In this document: positions 62,204 to 64,000 of the stretch, one piece after another
How the letters are laid out: each line of letters starts with the position of its first letter
How positions within the stretch are numbered: position 1 is the stretch's first letter
Source of the DNA: Rhodospirillaceae bacterium
Lineage (GTDB): Bacteria > Pseudomonadota > Alphaproteobacteria > MPNO01 > UBA2964
Direction: 5' to 3'
DNA: 64,000 bases
NCBI GenBank assembly: GCA_002709075.1
Contig: PAPV01000013.1
Coordinates: 169,693 to 233,692 of the forward strand
The notes under the pieces: model-generated
Told to the model about the DNA's origin: nothing
Seen by the model: the letters and a program-made list of their open reading frames with translations, nothing else
The model's database searches: none
Made by a program: the position numbers and the translations under genes

Positions 62204-64000
62204 TGGAGGCGGTATGGCGACAAAAACAGCAACTAAAAAAGCTGACCTAAAAGAAAATCAGGGGGAAGTGCAGGACTCTCCGTTAATCGAGTCTACTGAC
62301 TCTGAAGTAAAAAAATTACTAAAAATTGGAAAAGAAAGAGGATTCATAACATATGATGAACTCAATAAGGCTCTTCCGCAGGAGGAAGTTTCCTCTGAAC
62401 AGATAGAGGATATTACCTCACAGCTTTCCGAAATGGGAATTAATGTTGTGGAGGATGAAGATTCTGATGACACAAATGAGGTGTATGTAAAACCAGAAAA
62501 ATCCGGCGATACGAATACAAAAACGGCTAACACTGGAGATGAAGATCTTGGTCGCACTGATGATCCAGTCAGGATGTATCTCAGAGAAATGGGGACCGTC
62601 GAGCTACTCTCACGTGAAGGTGAAATCGAAATTGCAAAACGTATCGAGGCAGGCCGTGAGAAAATGATAAGTGGTTTGTTCGAAAGTCCCTTGACCCAGT
62701 GGGCGATAGTGCGTTGGCGCGATGCTCTCAAGGAAGAACTAGTGCTTCTTCGGGATATAATTGATTTGGATGCAACGTACGGTGGGTCGAATTCGGAAGT
62801 GCCTCAGATTATAGCTGAAGATCCTGAAAAACTTGAAGACGATGAAGAAGAAGAAGACGAAGACGAAGACGAAGAAGACAGAATTGATGATGAGGATGAT
62901 GAAGATTCTGTAAACAATCTCCCCCTCTCAATGCTTGAGGCGACATTAAGACCACAGGTTATGGATGTTTTTGACAAGGTAGCTAAGCTGCAAAAACGAG
63001 CCAAAAATATGAGAGATAAAAAGCTACTTTGCGTGAGGGAAGGTTCCGAATTTAAACGTGCATCTGAGCGACGTTTGGAAAAAATCGAGGAAGAACTTAT
63101 CGATCTGTTAGAACCTGTGAAGTTGAATAACACATCGATTGAGGTTTTGGTTGGTGAACATTACAATCACAACCGCCGATTGGTTGGGTTAGAGAGCAAG
63201 CTTTTACGGATGGCGACTAAAGCCAAGGTAAAACGAAAGAGTTTCATGGATCGGTATTTTGGTTCGGAATTAGATCCGAGATGGTTGCAGCGGATTGCAC
63301 ATCTTTCGGAGAGAGGTTGGAAGCCATTCGTACAAAAGAATCGTGAACAAATAAAAGAAATACGGACAGAGATCGCCGGTATTGCCGCAGATGTCGGAGT
63401 GCCTCTAGACGAATTTCGTAAGATCGTGAACAAAATACAACGCGGTGAAAGAGAAGCAGCCCGCGCAAAAAAGGAAATGGTTGAAGCAAATCTCCGCTTA
63501 GTAATTTCGATTGCTAAAAAATATACAAATCGGGGTCTTCAATTCCTCGATCTCATACAAGAAGGTAATATTGGCCTTATGAAAGCAGTGGATAAGTTTG
63601 AATATCGTCGCGGCTATAAGTTTTCGACATATGCAACTTGGTGGATCCGTCAGGCAATTACTAGGTCGATTGCCGATCAGGCTCGGACCATACGTATTCC
63701 GGTTCATATGATCGAAACTATTAATAAACTGGTGCGCACATCGAGGCAGATTCTTCACGAGATCGGTAGGGAACCAACCCCTGAGGAATTGGCCAGCCGT
63801 CTTGCGATGCCCCTTGAGAAGGTACGCAAGGTGTTAAAGATTGCCAAGGAACCTATCAGCCTTGAAACACCAATTGGTGATGAGGAAGATTCGCATTTAG
63901 GTGATTTTATTGAAGATAAAAATGCAGTTCAACCTTTAGATGCTGCAATTCAAGGGAATTTACGTGAAACAACCACACGTGTTTTGGCAAGTTTAACTCC
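62204..64000 (+). CDS. rpoD: RNA polymerase sigma factor RpoD (5' part; continues beyond window end)
   Basis: GGAGG RBS then ATG 62204. Region 1.1/1.2, acidic D/E-rich insertion, region 2 ([59 protein letters not shown]) and region 3 all in frame. Not on the ORF track because no stop occurs in the window. Confidence 0.9.

Noticed and set aside
62258-63133. Minus-strand ORFs (157 aa, 109 aa; serine-rich SSSSS run) at the window end
   Set aside because: They are the reverse complement of the in-frame rpoD coding sequence. The poly-Ser is the complement of the GAA/GAC acidic repeat at 62820-62900. That repeat is the ordinary acidic insertion of rhizobial sigma-70, not a novel repeat.

Overview
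This 64-kb window reads as chromosomal DNA from a low-GC, probably host-associated alphaproteobacterium of the order Rhizobiales/Hyphomicrobiales. The organism guess is inferred from gene content and order (DUF1013, DUF1192, DUF4164-zapA-6S-ygfA, yebC-ruvCAB-ybgC-tolQRAB-pal-cpoB, tilS-ftsH-folP-glmM, uvrC-pgsA-mobB-moeA-moaDE, greA-carBA, dnaG-rpoD). It is almost entirely housekeeping, densely packed, and shows no tRNA, rRNA, CRISPR array, transposase or integrase. Blocks: (1) 1-13.6 kb, mostly minus strand: MBL hydrolase, DUF1013, quinone oxidoreductase, rpmE, a three-gene MotA/MotB-like plus OmpA-like operon, suhB, efp-epmB/epmA, thiE, class I fba. (2) 13.8-31.4 kb, a 17-kb all-plus-strand array: DUF4164-zapA-(6S RNA candidate)-5-FCL-YmdB-like, yebC, ruvCAB, ybgC-tolQRAB-pal-cpoB, tilS, ftsH, folP, glmM, thiD. 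(3) 31.4-40.3 kb: marR/ilvE, moaED-moeA-mobB-pgsA-uvrC, folB plus a pteridine-reductase-like SDR, then a 976-bp ORF-free gap. (4) 40.3-64 kb: uvrB, an islet-like EutA-like ATPase plus bicupin pair, aspartate aminotransferase, msrP, lysR-trxB, an uncharacterised three-gene module (ELM1/DUF1022 transferase, 2OG-Fe(II) oxygenase, 631-aa unknown), lrp, greA, carBA, yqeY, dnaG, and 5' rpoD. The three most unusual loci are the coiled-coil-extended stator-like operon at 4.0-7.8 kb, the EutA-like/bicupin islet at 42.7-45.5 kb, and the ELM1/oxygenase/631-aa module at 50.4-54.0 kb. All identifications rest on motif recognition in the supplied translations; no database search was run.
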